IMG/VR virus record: IMGVR_UViG_3300050132_000112
Span: 9,356 to 73,355 of that record
Length of the DNA stretch: 64,000 bases
Direction: 5' to 3' (one strand)
Source: a virus
Part shown: positions 1-9,225 of the stretch, one piece after another
Numbering within the stretch: the first letter of the stretch is position 1
Layout of the letters: each line of letters begins with the position of its first letter
Position numbers and translations under genes: made by a program
The notes under the pieces: model-generated
The model's database searches: none
The model's input: only the letters and a program-made list of their open reading frames with translations
Told to the model about the DNA's origin: nothing

Positions 1-92
1 GTTACATATTCGCCTATTGTATCAAATCCATTATGGTCTAACACTTGATACTCATTTGTTGAGTGTTTTGTAAATGATGCTTGAAGTGACAT
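1..92 (-). CDS. Partial hypothetical early protein (runs off left edge)
   Basis: ATG at 92, open frame MSLQASFTKHSTNEYQVLDHNGF... to the window edge; CATCTTTG promoter-like motif upstream. Confidence 0.5.
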   Translation of the reverse strand, partial: MSLQASFTKHSTNEYQVLDHNGFDTIGEYV

Positions 93-598
93 GCTTGAGA
101 GCGTTAAGTCAGTAGCGTTATTGCTGATTGACAATACAAAGATGAAACACTTTACAACACTTTCCCACATTATCAATATTTGGAATAACCTAACACCTTT
201 ATACCTATAACAACATCACAACTAAGGCATTTATTATAACAAAAAGTAATGACCTCTAAAACAACTCTTATTCCTACCTGCCGGAGGCTATTAACAAACC
301 AAACTCTACCAATATAACCAACAATCAATTATACGCCCCAAATATTCCCTACAACTAATCATCACCACTTAACCACACCAATCTATCACCAATAGCCCAA
401 AGTTGCTACAACCGCCTTAAACAGCGTTATAACCGATAACCATAAGTTATGATACTTTACCCTATCCATTACTTTTTGTTATGATTTGATGTTTTGTGTC
501 GAAGGGATTATCCACACCCTTTTAACCAGCCTTTCCCCCTCTAAACCAACACGATAGGGTAGGGGAGAGGCATAAACAAACTGCATAGTAAAGCAGAC

Positions 599-626
599 AG
601 TTAACATAATATGTATTATGAGGACG
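599..626 (-). other. dif: dif-like XerC/XerD recombination site
   Basis: - strand reads CGTCCTCATAA-TACATA-TTATGTTAACT: 11-6-11 layout, near-consensus XerD arm (TTATGTTAAAT) and CATAA inner XerC arm. Confidence 0.75.
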
Positions 627-1027
627 ATTATTACCAAGCAATTACCCACCAATCAAGCGGGCACAACAAAGGTTTACCAAGCGCTTAGCAACACCATCCA
701 ATTAGCGACCTGCAAAGTGGTTTACCTTTACCATAGCCCAACAGTCCAACGGGATTAGGTTGTCGAACCTCTTGCCGAAACATTTACAGACGGGGTACGG
801 GTTAGGTCGGCCATCCCCTTTCCCATTTACACGGTGACGGGCTATCCATGGGGGATAATGCCTAATCATTGACTCTGTAAAAAAAATTATAAAAATATTT
901 TTGGCACCAAACCTAAGGCAAGTGTGCATTTCTATTTGGTGACATTATTAATAAAAGATAGTTTGATTATAATAGAATAAGTAAGTATTGGTGATAATGG
1001 TAGTTATCAATTAGTTACAAAGGTGTA

Positions 1028-1080
1028 AATGCTGGATTTGGGCACTTTAATGCTGGGATTCGATACAGCAGATGCTGACT
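1028..1080 (+). repeat. Three phased ATGCTG direct repeats (iteron-like) upstream of repL
   Basis: ATGCTG at 1029, 1050 and 1072 (21-22 bp spacing), followed by an AT-rich tract. Confidence 0.45.
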
Positions 1081-1126
1081 ATTTATCTTTTTATTAGTTT
1101 TATTTGGATAGATGTATAATAGTTTG

Positions 1127-1134
1127 TACATTTG
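1127..1134 (+). promoter_or_regulatory. Bacteroidota sigma-A -7 promoter element
   Basis: TACATTTG matches TAnnTTTG, upstream of the 1161 ORF. Confidence 0.6.
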
Positions 1135-1160
1135 TTATACAATAATAAAGACAAAGAAAT

Positions 1161-1679
1161 GTGGATAGTAATAAAGGATTGCCAAAGCGTTCAGCTAAAA
1201 AGAATGTCTTTAAAGGCAGGCAAGAGTACTTCGATGCTGCAACAGGCGCTAAGGTTGGTGAGAAGCTTATTTACCGTTCACAGGCCATTAAAACAATATT
1301 TGTAACTATGTATCTGAACGACGATAATATGTATGAGTTTATCTCTGGATTAGGAAATCCGGGGAAAGTGTTGGCTTACATACTGAAAGACTACAATGAT
1401 AAAACTGGTATGTTTTATTTCAGCAACACGACAAAAGAATTGATGATTAAAGAATTGAAATTGTCAATTGGAACCGTTAGAGGAATAGTAAAAGAGTTCG
1501 CCACCAAAAAGACCATTATACATGTTGGTGGTAGCGAGTATATGGTTAACCCTCGCCTGTTTTATAAAGGCGCTCAGATCAACTACGATGCACAGGTAGA
1601 GGCTTTTGATGGGCTACACAAAATATCATCCTTTAAAGAAATTGAACGTGCTATTGAAAGTAAGGTTGTTAAAGCATAA
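1161..1679 (+). CDS. repL: RepL-like replication/maintenance protein (wHTH)
   Basis: HTH region followed by the C-terminal YMVNPRLFYKG motif typical of the RepL family. Confidence 0.7.
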   Translation: MDSNKGLPKRSAKKNVFKGRQEYFDAATGAKVGEKLIYRSQAIKTIFVTMYLNDDNMYEFISGLGNPGKVLAYILKDYNDKTGMFYFSNTTKELMIKELKLSIGTVRGIVKEFATKKTIIHVGGSEYMVNPRLFYKGAQINYDAQVEAFDGLHKISSFKEIERAIESKVVKA

Positions 1680-1685
1680 ATTGAG

Positions 1686-2219
1686 ATGGGTTACGTTTAT
1701 TGCCTGCATGATTTTACAAATAATATTTGCCGTATAGGTAAAACAAAGGCGCATAAAGCGGGTAGAATTAGATCACAGACTGGTTATTATCCATTTGAAT
1801 TAACACCTGTTAGTGTATATTTTATTGATGAAAGTGCGGCAGAAAAACATTTTCACAAGACGTTTAAATCTAAAAATGTTAGGGCCGATTGGTTTAAAAT
1901 AACGCCCGATGATTTTGATGAAGAAGTTAGAAAATATAAATTAATAGTAGGAGAGGTAGTTGCTTCAAGGCCTATAGGCGTACAATCAAATGGAACTATT
2001 AAATACTGGCGGGTTTTATCTGAAAGTGTAGAACACAAATGTGATTTTGTTCACATCAACATTGGCGATGGGCTTTTAAAATTAAAATGCAAGGATAAGT
2101 TTGTAAGCCTTCAGTTGGAAGGTGCCCACGGCTATAGAATAGCTAAAGATGGTAATTGGGTTAAGGCTTTCGCATCAAGAAAGAATAGTTTTAAATTTGT
2201 TAAAGTAAGATTTAAATGA
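1686..2219 (+). CDS. T5orf172/MUG113-like GIY-YIG domain protein
   Basis: GYVYC...RIGKT...R...AEKHFHKTF...RADWF. Confidence 0.7.
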   Translation: MGYVYCLHDFTNNICRIGKTKAHKAGRIRSQTGYYPFELTPVSVYFIDESAAEKHFHKTFKSKNVRADWFKITPDDFDEEVRKYKLIVGEVVASRPIGVQSNGTIKYWRVLSESVEHKCDFVHINIGDGLLKLKCKDKFVSLQLEGAHGYRIAKDGNWVKAFASRKNSFKFVKVRFK

Positions 2220-2446
2220 ATAAGCGAGATAAGCAACAGTTAGAAATTTGGCATAACATTTATCAGTTTATGTCGGCAAGTTTTCAAATACAGGATGATG
2301 CGTTGCAAATTGATAAAGACAGAGAAGCGTATCATAACGAACAACATAATCGTGAAAAGTGGTTATTAGATAATTGGCAGATAGTTAGGCCGAATAAATC
2401 AACAAGGCAACGACGAAATCCTATAAGCATTTTTAATATTAAATAA
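2216..2446 (+). CDS. Hypothetical protein
   Basis: ATGA overlap with the upstream gene. Confidence 0.55.
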   Translation: MNKRDKQQLEIWHNIYQFMSASFQIQDDALQIDKDREAYHNEQHNREKWLLDNWQIVRPNKSTRQRRNPISIFNIK

Positions 2447-2484
2447 CCAAAAACCCAATTTCCAATATTAAAACGCAATAAATC

Positions 2485-2667
2485 ATGAAACTTAACCTAC
2501 AAGAACTTATAGATAAACTGCAAAAATTAAGGGAGTGGCACAATGCCGATTCTTTGGTATTTTTTGAGTTAGGTGACGATAATATTTGCGCCATGAAAGA
2601 TTATTGTATCACAGGTGTTTATACACACGATGAAAATGAAATAGGCTTAACTGTTGAAGAAAAATGA
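2485..2667 (+). CDS. Hypothetical protein
   Basis: A-rich start; LQELIDKLQ N-terminus typical of small phage proteins. Confidence 0.6.
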   Translation: MKLNLQELIDKLQKLREWHNADSLVFFELGDDNICAMKDYCITGVYTHDENEIGLTVEEK

Positions 2668-2767
2668 ACCTCATCGACCTACCCATCCGCATACTAACCC
2701 TCATCAACCAAGGCATCGTAAAGGTTTACACTTGGGAGGAATATCAACAATTTAAAAATAGGAAAAA

Positions 2768-3010
2768 ATGAAAACCGAAAAAGAATTATCCTTAAATATA
2801 GACGGATTGCTACACAAAATATCCAATGACAATTTAAGGCACGAAATTAAAGTTGCATTCCACGAATACCGTGATGAAATGTATAAAAGACTATTAAATT
2901 GTAATCAAAACTTAGCCCATCCCGCTTACGGGCACAGTTCGTCAACTTCAATAGGTATTGATAACCTTAGAAACGAAACTTTTGACTTTTTAGAAATTCC
3001 TGAAAAATAA
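2768..3010 (+). CDS. Hypothetical protein
   Basis: ORF in operon, TAATG overlap with the next gene. Confidence 0.55.
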   Translation: MKTEKELSLNIDGLLHKISNDNLRHEIKVAFHEYRDEMYKRLLNCNQNLAHPAYGHSSSTSIGIDNLRNETFDFLEIPEK

Positions 3011-3471
3011 TGCCTAATCGCTCATATAACGCCGTAGTAGTGCATACAGGTGATGATGCTACCTTGCACTTCATTAATGAAAGATATTGCTTCACAGACC
3101 TTAAAAATGCCTTTAAAGACGGCGATAAGGTGACTGTTACCATAGCAACAAGGCGCAAACCTCGTTCATTGAAACAAAACGCAGTCTTGCATTGGTATAT
3201 AAACGCCATTGCCGATGAAACGGGTATTGATAAAAATGATGTAAAGGAGGTTTTAAGACACAAATTTTTGGCTGAGGATATATTAGACCAAAACGGGGAG
3301 ATAATGGCTGACAAAGCCTCTGGTGAGGTTTTAAGGCGGTATAAGAGCACTACTGAACTATCGACAATCGAAATGCTAACGTTTACAGAAGAAATTAGGC
3401 AGTGGAGTTTAGATTTTCTTAACCTACCTCTCCCACTACCAAATGAAGAAATAGAACTTAAATTTAAATAA
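3010..3471 (+). CDS. NinB/YbcN-like recombination accessory protein
   Basis: RSLKQNAVLHW and STTELSTIEM motifs. Confidence 0.75.
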   Translation: MPNRSYNAVVVHTGDDATLHFINERYCFTDLKNAFKDGDKVTVTIATRRKPRSLKQNAVLHWYINAIADETGIDKNDVKEVLRHKFLAEDILDQNGEIMADKASGEVLRRYKSTTELSTIEMLTFTEEIRQWSLDFLNLPLPLPNEEIELKFK

Positions 3472-3473
3472 TT

Positions 3474-3662
3474 ATGAAAAAAGTTTATGCAACAAAAGAC
3501 GACGACGGACACTGGTATGTGATTCCGTTTGAAATGAAAGACGAGTTCATGTCCGATTTGGATGGGCTTAGCGACGATAATATTTACGAATGGGAAGATA
3601 AATATAGTCAATACATGACAGGCGGCGATTTAAACCTTATTCAACTTTACGCTGAAATATAA
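3474..3662 (+). CDS. Hypothetical acidic protein
   Basis: DDDGHWYVIP motif, operonic position. Confidence 0.6.
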   Translation: MKKVYATKDDDGHWYVIPFEMKDEFMSDLDGLSDDNIYEWEDKYSQYMTGGDLNLIQLYAEI

Positions 3663-3685
3663 ATTTTAAACAACAATAATCAAAG

Positions 3686-4135
3686 GTGCTAAGGGCGAGA
3701 AGCCGACCCCAAAAGATTTGTTACACCCTAACTACGGTAAGGACTTTGAACCAAGTGAAGAAAGTTAACATTGTGGCAAAATCTATATTTTTTAAGTTGG
3801 AGATATATCCAGTAGAAGTTTTAGCATCATTTGGACAAACCAATAAGCAACTGTTAAACGATATAACAGAACGTTGGAACGAACCCTCTATATATAGAGA
3901 TATTGAAGACGGTATTATGGATATGGATTGTGCGAATGCATTGGTTAAAATATTCGATTGCCAAGTTATCATATTTCGTTTTCAAAATAATCCTTCAAAC
4001 AGGATAATAGTGCATGAATGTTTCCATGGTGCTTTTAAAATAATGGATAGAATAGGGCAGAAATTAACTAAAGATAGTGAGGAAAGTTATGCCTATTTAA
4101 CAGACTTTTTATTCTCTAAAATAACAGAAAAATAA
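3686..4135 (+). CDS. HExxH metallopeptidase-like phage protein (true start probably further downstream)
   Basis: IVHECFHG...EESYAYL. Confidence 0.6.
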   Translation: MLRARSRPQKICYTLTTVRTLNQVKKVNIVAKSIFFKLEIYPVEVLASFGQTNKQLLNDITERWNEPSIYRDIEDGIMDMDCANALVKIFDCQVIIFRFQNNPSNRIIVHECFHGAFKIMDRIGQKLTKDSEESYAYLTDFLFSKITEK

Positions 4136-4154
4136 ACAAAATAAAATAAATACC

Positions 4155-4451
4155 ATGAACACAAAAACAAAACCATCAATGACCTTTAGAGAGTTAAAGG
4201 ATTTCGTAAATACACTTGAAGATTGGCAATTAGACGAACCAGTATTGGCAAGTGGTGAAGAAAGAGGATTTGGCATACAGTCAGCAAGCGTATTAACAGA
4301 GGATAATTATGTAGATGATTACGCTATGCAACCTGTTTCTGTTTATGAGGAACAGGAAGGTTATCCAATCCCAGAATCACAAGGTTGGGAAATAATACCA
4401 AAGGGGAAACCTTACTTATATTTTGATGAATGGATGGATAGTGCTGAATAA
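4155..4451 (+). CDS. Hypothetical protein
   Basis: A-rich leader, intact ORF. Confidence 0.6.
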   Translation: MNTKTKPSMTFRELKDFVNTLEDWQLDEPVLASGEERGFGIQSASVLTEDNYVDDYAMQPVSVYEEQEGYPIPESQGWEIIPKGKPYLYFDEWMDSAE

Positions 4452-4480
4452 TCCCTACCTTTGAATCGGTTATAAGGTTT

Positions 4481-4511
4481 ATCCCTGTCGGAGTTCGGCA
4501 GGGATTTTTTT
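4481..4511 (+). terminator. Intrinsic terminator
   Basis: ATCCCTGTCG-GAGTT-CGGCAGGGAT hairpin followed by a T-run. Confidence 0.8.
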
Positions 4512-4544
4512 GTGTTTAACAGGGATTTTTTTTTATATTTGTAT

Positions 4545-5075
4545 ATGGAAAAATGGAAAAAAATACCAGACTCAAACTATAGTGTTTCAACGCATGCGAG
4601 GATAAGAAATAATTTAACTAATTATATGTTTAAACTCCATGTTAATAAACAGGGATACCAAAAGATACATATTAAAGTCGGGGTAGTTGAAAAAAATTTC
4701 TTTGTACACAGACTATTGATGGCAGCATTTGTTCCTAATCCCGAAAACAAACCGTGCGTTAATCATATTAATGGCATTAAAAACGATAATAGATTAGAAA
4801 ATTTAGAGTGGTGTACAGTACGGGAAAACAATATTCATGCTTTTAGATGTTTAGGAAAAAGCGCTGAGGGAAACTATTCTAATCTAAAAAATATACCACC
4901 ACCAGTACCAGTTTATAGCATAGATAGTTTAGGAAACAAGGTAAGATTTAATTCCCTAAAGGAAGCCGGTATAAGTATTGGAACTACAGCTGGTCATGTA
5001 TATAATTCGGTTTATAAAAAGAAAAAAAATGGTAGTCCGTATACTGCAAAGGGATATTGTTTTGAGTTGGCATAA
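4545..5075 (+). CDS. HNH homing endonuclease (NUMOD4-HNH-NUMOD1)
   Basis: EKWKKIP..YSVS, VHRL, VNHINGIKNDNRLENLEW; TATATTTG 3 nt before the ATG at 4545. Confidence 0.9.
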   Translation: MEKWKKIPDSNYSVSTHARIRNNLTNYMFKLHVNKQGYQKIHIKVGVVEKNFFVHRLLMAAFVPNPENKPCVNHINGIKNDNRLENLEWCTVRENNIHAFRCLGKSAEGNYSNLKNIPPPVPVYSIDSLGNKVRFNSLKEAGISIGTTAGHVYNSVYKKKKNGSPYTAKGYCFELA

Positions 5076-5151
5076 AATGGCAGGGATTTTTTATTTGAAA
5101 ATAATTGCAGTTTGCTATTGTGATTTAAAAATAATTAAATATCTTTGAACC

Positions 5152-5331
5152 ATGGAAGAATTAAAAAAGAACATTGAAGCCTCTGGATTACTAAAGAGTT
5201 TCATTGCCGACAAGGTAGGTGTTAGTTCTGCTCACCTATCAATGATGCTAAATGAAAAAGCAACAATGCCCGAAGATGTAAGAAATAAGATTACCCTGCT
5301 TTTAAAGCAAGCATCTAAAATAGCTTGTTAA
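5152..5331 (+). CDS. Small XRE/Cro-like HTH regulator (59 aa, not in ORF track)
   Basis: MEELKKNIEASGLLKSFIADKVGVSSAHLSMMLN...; TATCTTTG promoter 4 nt before the ATG. Confidence 0.75.
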   Translation: MEELKKNIEASGLLKSFIADKVGVSSAHLSMMLNEKATMPEDVRNKITLLLKQASKIAC

Positions 5332-5373
5332 TGGGTTTCCTATCACCTAATTTTTAAAAATAATTAAACGCAC

Positions 5374-5973
5374 ATGGAGTTTTCAGAAAAACAAATAGAA
5401 GATTTAATTTATAATTCCGTTAAAGATGGGAAGTTAAAGCAACTTTCAGACAGGGGATTATATGGCATTAGTAAGTATAAATTTTTTTCAAGGCAAGTTA
5501 CGCTTGGCGATTATGGAAGATTAGACTTGGTTGGTCTAAATTATAGGCATACAAGTGGTTTTAACTATTCAGAAAATAAAACTTTGGAGGTCGGTTTATT
5601 TGAAATTAAAAAAGGAATAATAGATGTAAATGCTTTTCTACAAGCAATAAGATATTGTAATGCAATTAGGCATTACTGTGCCGACTATATTAATGTTGAG
5701 TTTAAGATATTTCTTATTGGAACAGGTATTTGCACTGGCGATTTCTGCTATATTGATTCAATCATTGATAATCTTGAAGTTTATTCTATTAAACTTGATT
5801 TAGTAAATGGAATAAACTTTATTAGAGAAACGGGATATAAATTAACAGAACCAAAATTTAAAAAACATGATGATTTAGAATTGTCTATATCAAAAATGAT
5901 TAAAGACAATATAAGGGAACATGTCTTTGGTAAAAAACAGCAGGTAATAGAGGACGACGAACTTCCATTTTAA
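5374..5973 (+). CDS. PD-(D/E)XK nuclease-like protein (NucS/DUF91-like)
   Basis: E..IED, GRLDLVG, LFEIKKG, QAIRY motifs; DDELPF C-terminus. Confidence 0.65.
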   Translation: MEFSEKQIEDLIYNSVKDGKLKQLSDRGLYGISKYKFFSRQVTLGDYGRLDLVGLNYRHTSGFNYSENKTLEVGLFEIKKGIIDVNAFLQAIRYCNAIRHYCADYINVEFKIFLIGTGICTGDFCYIDSIIDNLEVYSIKLDLVNGINFIRETGYKLTEPKFKKHDDLELSISKMIKDNIREHVFGKKQQVIEDDELPF

Positions 5974-5976
5974 GAT

Positions 5977-6708
5977 ATGGCATACCGATTTAGCGATACT
6001 GGAAAATGGGCTGACGAATGGTTTGTAGACCTTTCACCTCTCGAAAAATTACTGTTCCTATACCTTTGCGATAATTGCGATATAGCTGGCTTTTATGAAC
6101 TAAGCCTAAGAAAGCTGAACTTCGACACAGGAATATCACCCGATGAAATTAAAGGGGCTTTAAAGGGGCTTGAAAGGGGCTATATACTTTCGGAAGATAA
6201 AAGGGTTTTGTTTTTAAAGAAGTTTGTAAAGCATCAAAAGAATTTACCACTAAATCCCGACAATAAAGCCCATAGGGGCATAATTTCGAGGTTTGAGAAC
6301 TATTCTGATAGGTTTGAAGACGACTTAATAGCATTCGTAAATAAAGGGGCTTCAATGGGGCTTCAAAGCCCCACAGGTAATGGTATAGGTAATGGTATAG
6401 ATACAGGTACTATTAAACTATTTACTAAAGAGGTGAAATTTTTTAAAATTTTTGAAAGGTGGATTAATTATAAAAAGGCTCGTAAGGAAATGTACAAGAC
6501 GCAAGATTCTTATGAAACAGCATTTAAAAAACTTTTAAAATATAGCGCAGAAGATGCGGTGATGGCAAACGAAATAATTGATAGTGCAATTGGGAATAAT
6601 TATTCTGGTTTTTTTGAATTAAGCCAAAAGGACTTAGCAAAAATACAAGCCCCTAAACAACAAATCTCTACGACCCGAAAAATTGACCATAGAAACCAAC
6701 CACAATGA
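5977..6708 (+). CDS. Phage replication initiator (replisome organizer)
   Basis: N-terminal W.D.WF..L...KLLFLYL..NCD.AG wHTH; directly upstream of dnaB; internal iterons. Confidence 0.8.
   Translation: MAYRFSDTGKWADEWFVDLSPLEKLLFLYLCDNCDIAGFYELSLRKLNFDTGISPDEIKGALKGLERGYILSEDKRVLFLKKFVKHQKNLPLNPDNKAHRGIISRFENYSDRFEDDLIAFVNKGASMGLQSPTGNGIGNGIDTGTIKLFTKEVKFFKIFERWINYKKARKEMYKTQDSYETAFKKLLKYSAEDAVMANEIIDSAIGNNYSGFFELSQKDLAKIQAPKQQISTTRKIDHRNQPQ
6151..6372 (+). repeat. Iteron-like repeats within initiator gene (candidate ori)
   Basis: AAAGGGGCT x3 at 11-bp period (6151, 6162, 6173); AAAGGGGCTTC/AATGGGGCTTC plus inverted AAAGCCCC at 6343-6372. Confidence 0.65.
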
Positions 6709-9224
6709 TTTTTGAGAACGACAAGCAATATAGTGCCGATACACTTTCAGGTAGAACACGAAGCGTTTTAACACCTTACACTGGATTAGGCAAACTACCT
6801 CCGCAAGCAACTGATTTGGAAGAGGCGGTATTGGGCGGCATCCTAATAGACAAAAACGCTTTTATGACCGTGATTGAGGTTTTAAAAGTCGAATGTTTCT
6901 ATCGTGATAACCATCAAAAGATTTTTAATGCCGCTAAGTTATTATTTGAAAAAGGTGACCCGATTGATATTCTAACCGTAACATCACAATTAAGAAAATT
7001 GGGGGAGTTAGAAATGATAGGCGGTGCTTATTACATTACCGAACTAACCAACAGAATAGCTTCAACCTCAAACATTAAAACGCACTCGCTTATTATTTAC
7101 GAAAAGTTTTTGCAGCGGGAGATGATAAGGATAAGCACCGAAACGATTAATTCGGCTTACGAAGATACTACCGATGTATTTGAAATGGTAGAAAAAAACC
7201 AAAAGGAAACCTATTCGCTTATGGCTAATCAGAACGGTAGGGATGTCAAAAATATTGGTGACTTAGGCAGACAACGTTTGAAAGATTATCAAGCAACTAC
7301 ATTAAGTGGTTTAACGGGATTGGGAAGCGGATTTACTTCGATTGATGAAATAACAGGGGGTTGGCAGAAAAAAGATTTGATAATAGTTGCTGCAAGACCC
7401 GCCATGGGTAAGGCGCAACCATTAAACTCTAAGGTATTAACACCTACTGGATTTAAGAAAATTGGCGAACTAAAAATTGGCGATGTTATATGTAATTCAG
7501 GCGGTGGTATTCAAAAAGTTAACGGTGTATTTCCGCAGGGTAAAAAACAAACATATACTGTAATGTTTAATGACGATACTGAAACAAGATGTTGTGACGA
7601 ACACCTTTGGCTAACACATAGCCGCAGCGAAAGAAAAAATAAAATGGACCCGTCTGTTAAGTCTTTAAACGAAATAAGAAACACATTAAAAACAGGTAAG
7701 GATAATAGAAAAAATCATTCTGTTGATTTTGTTGAACCCGTATTCTTTTCAGCCAAAAAACTATTAATTGACCCATATTTAATGGGGGTATTACTTGGTG
7801 ATGGATGTTTATCCCATTTAAGCATAACTAACCCGGAGTTTGATATAATAGAGAGAATATCTAAAGCGTTGCCCGAGGGTTGTGTTATTAAAAGAAAAAA
7901 ATCAAATATCAGGTGCCCGGAATATAGAATAAATGGCGTTACTGTTGGGAAAAACCCACTGATTGGATTATTAAAGCATTATGGACTGGACAGTAAACTA
8001 TCCGCAGATAAAATAATACCGCCCGAGTACCTAAGAAATTCTTTTGCTAACAGGCTGGAATTATTGAGAGGATTATTAGATACCGATGGGTATGTTGTTG
8101 ATAGACATTGTATCGAGTTTTCTACTACTTCAAAATGGATTAAAATTGGAATAATTGATTTGGTTCGGTCGTTGGGAGGAAGGGCAACCTTTAAAGAAAA
8201 ACAAGGTAAATACACAAAAAATGGCATTGAGGTTATTTGCCAAAAATTTTACAGGATAAATATTTCATTTACCACCAACGGGTTTACTCCGGTAACATCT
8301 AAAAAGCACCAAGAAAGGTATGGATTTTCAAAAAATAAACTTCAAAAGTTTATATCAAGTGTTGTTCCTGATAAAATAGAGGATTGTGTTTGTATAAGCG
8401 TATCACACCACGACCAACTTTATATAACCGACGATTACATTTTAACCCACAATACTGCATTAGCGTTACAGATAGCCAAAAACGCCTCTATAAAGCACGA
8501 AACGCCCGTAGCCATATTCTCACTTGAGATGAGTGAAAACCAGTTAACAGACAGGCTTATTTCAAGCGAAACGGGTATATTTCAGGATAAGTTGTTGAAA
8601 AGGCAACTATCAAAGTTTGATTTTGAGGAATTGGAAAGCAAAACGATAAATCTTTTTAAATCTAAAATATTCATTGATGATACTGCATCATTGTCGATAA
8701 CGTCTTTGAGAAGTAAGGCAGTTAGGCTTAAACAACTTTATGGAATTGGATTAATAGTAATTGACTATTTGCAGTTGATGGAGGGTGCTAAAGATAAAAA
8801 CACCAACAGGGAGCAGGAAATAAGTAAAATAAGCCGAGGGTTAAAAGGATTGGCTAAAGATTTGGATATTCCTGTTATTGCCTTATCGCAGTTGAGTAGA
8901 GAGGTTGAAAAACGTGCAGGAAACGCTAAGCGACCAATGTTATCTGATTTACGTGAAAGCGGTTCGATTGAACAAGATGCTGATAGTGTTTTATTCCTTT
9001 ACAGACCCGAATATTATGGCATTGATTATACCGAAAATAATGAAAGCACAATGGGCTTATGTGAGGTTATATTCGCTAAGAACAGAAGCGGGATTTGTGA
9101 TACCGCAAATCTAATTTTTAACGGGGCGTTAATGAAGTTTTCTGATAGGCAAAATATACCTTTTCAAGCCCCGCAACAACCATCTAATTTTATTATACGA
9201 CCTAATTATATGAACGAGGATTAA
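6705..9224 (+). CDS. dnaB: Replicative DNA helicase DnaB, intein-containing
   Basis: GKLPPQATDLEEAVLG, AARPAMGK/T P-loop split by the intein, FSLEMS, IDYLQL, LSQLSR, DLRESGSIEQDAD. Confidence 0.97.
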   Translation: MIFENDKQYSADTLSGRTRSVLTPYTGLGKLPPQATDLEEAVLGGILIDKNAFMTVIEVLKVECFYRDNHQKIFNAAKLLFEKGDPIDILTVTSQLRKLGELEMIGGAYYITELTNRIASTSNIKTHSLIIYEKFLQREMIRISTETINSAYEDTTDVFEMVEKNQKETYSLMANQNGRDVKNIGDLGRQRLKDYQATTLSGLTGLGSGFTSIDEITGGWQKKDLIIVAARPAMGKAQPLNSKVLTPTGFKKIGELKIGDVICNSGGGIQKVNGVFPQGKKQTYTVMFNDDTETRCCDEHLWLTHSRSERKNKMDPSVKSLNEIRNTLKTGKDNRKNHSVDFVEPVFFSAKKLLIDPYLMGVLLGDGCLSHLSITNPEFDIIERISKALPEGCVIKRKKSNIRCPEYRINGVTVGKNPLIGLLKHYGLDSKLSADKIIPPEYLRNSFANRLELLRGLLDTDGYVVDRHCIEFSTTSKWIKIGIIDLVRSLGGRATFKEKQGKYTKNGIEVICQKFYRINISFTTNGFTPVTSKKHQERYGFSKNKLQKFISSVVPDKIEDCVCISVSHHDQLYITDDYILTHNTALALQIAKNASIKHETPVAIFSLEMSENQLTDRLISSETGIFQDKLLKRQLSKFDFEELESKTINLFKSKIFIDDTASLSITSLRSKAVRLKQLYGIGLIVIDYLQLMEGAKDKNTNREQEISKISRGLKGLAKDLDIPVIALSQLSREVEKRAGNAKRPMLSDLRESGSIEQDADSVLFLYRPEYYGIDYTENNESTMGLCEVIFAKNRSGICDTANLIFNGALMKFSDRQNIPFQAPQQPSNFIIRPNYMNED
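7413..8453 (+). mobile_element. Class 3 intein with LAGLIDADG homing endonuclease (347 aa) in the DnaB P-loop
   Basis: Starts with Ala (AQPLNSKV) and ends THN|T; W in HLW, C in CVCISV and T in LTHN; GVLLGDG and RGLLDTDG motifs. Confidence 0.9.
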
Positions 9225-9225
9225 T

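Noticed and set aside
702-929. 75-aa ORF in the divergence region
   Set aside because: No recognisable motif or initiation context; likely spurious.
2967-3611. Long antisense ORF (and similar ones opposite terL, portal and ejection genes)
   Set aside because: These are shadows of well-supported genes on the other strand.
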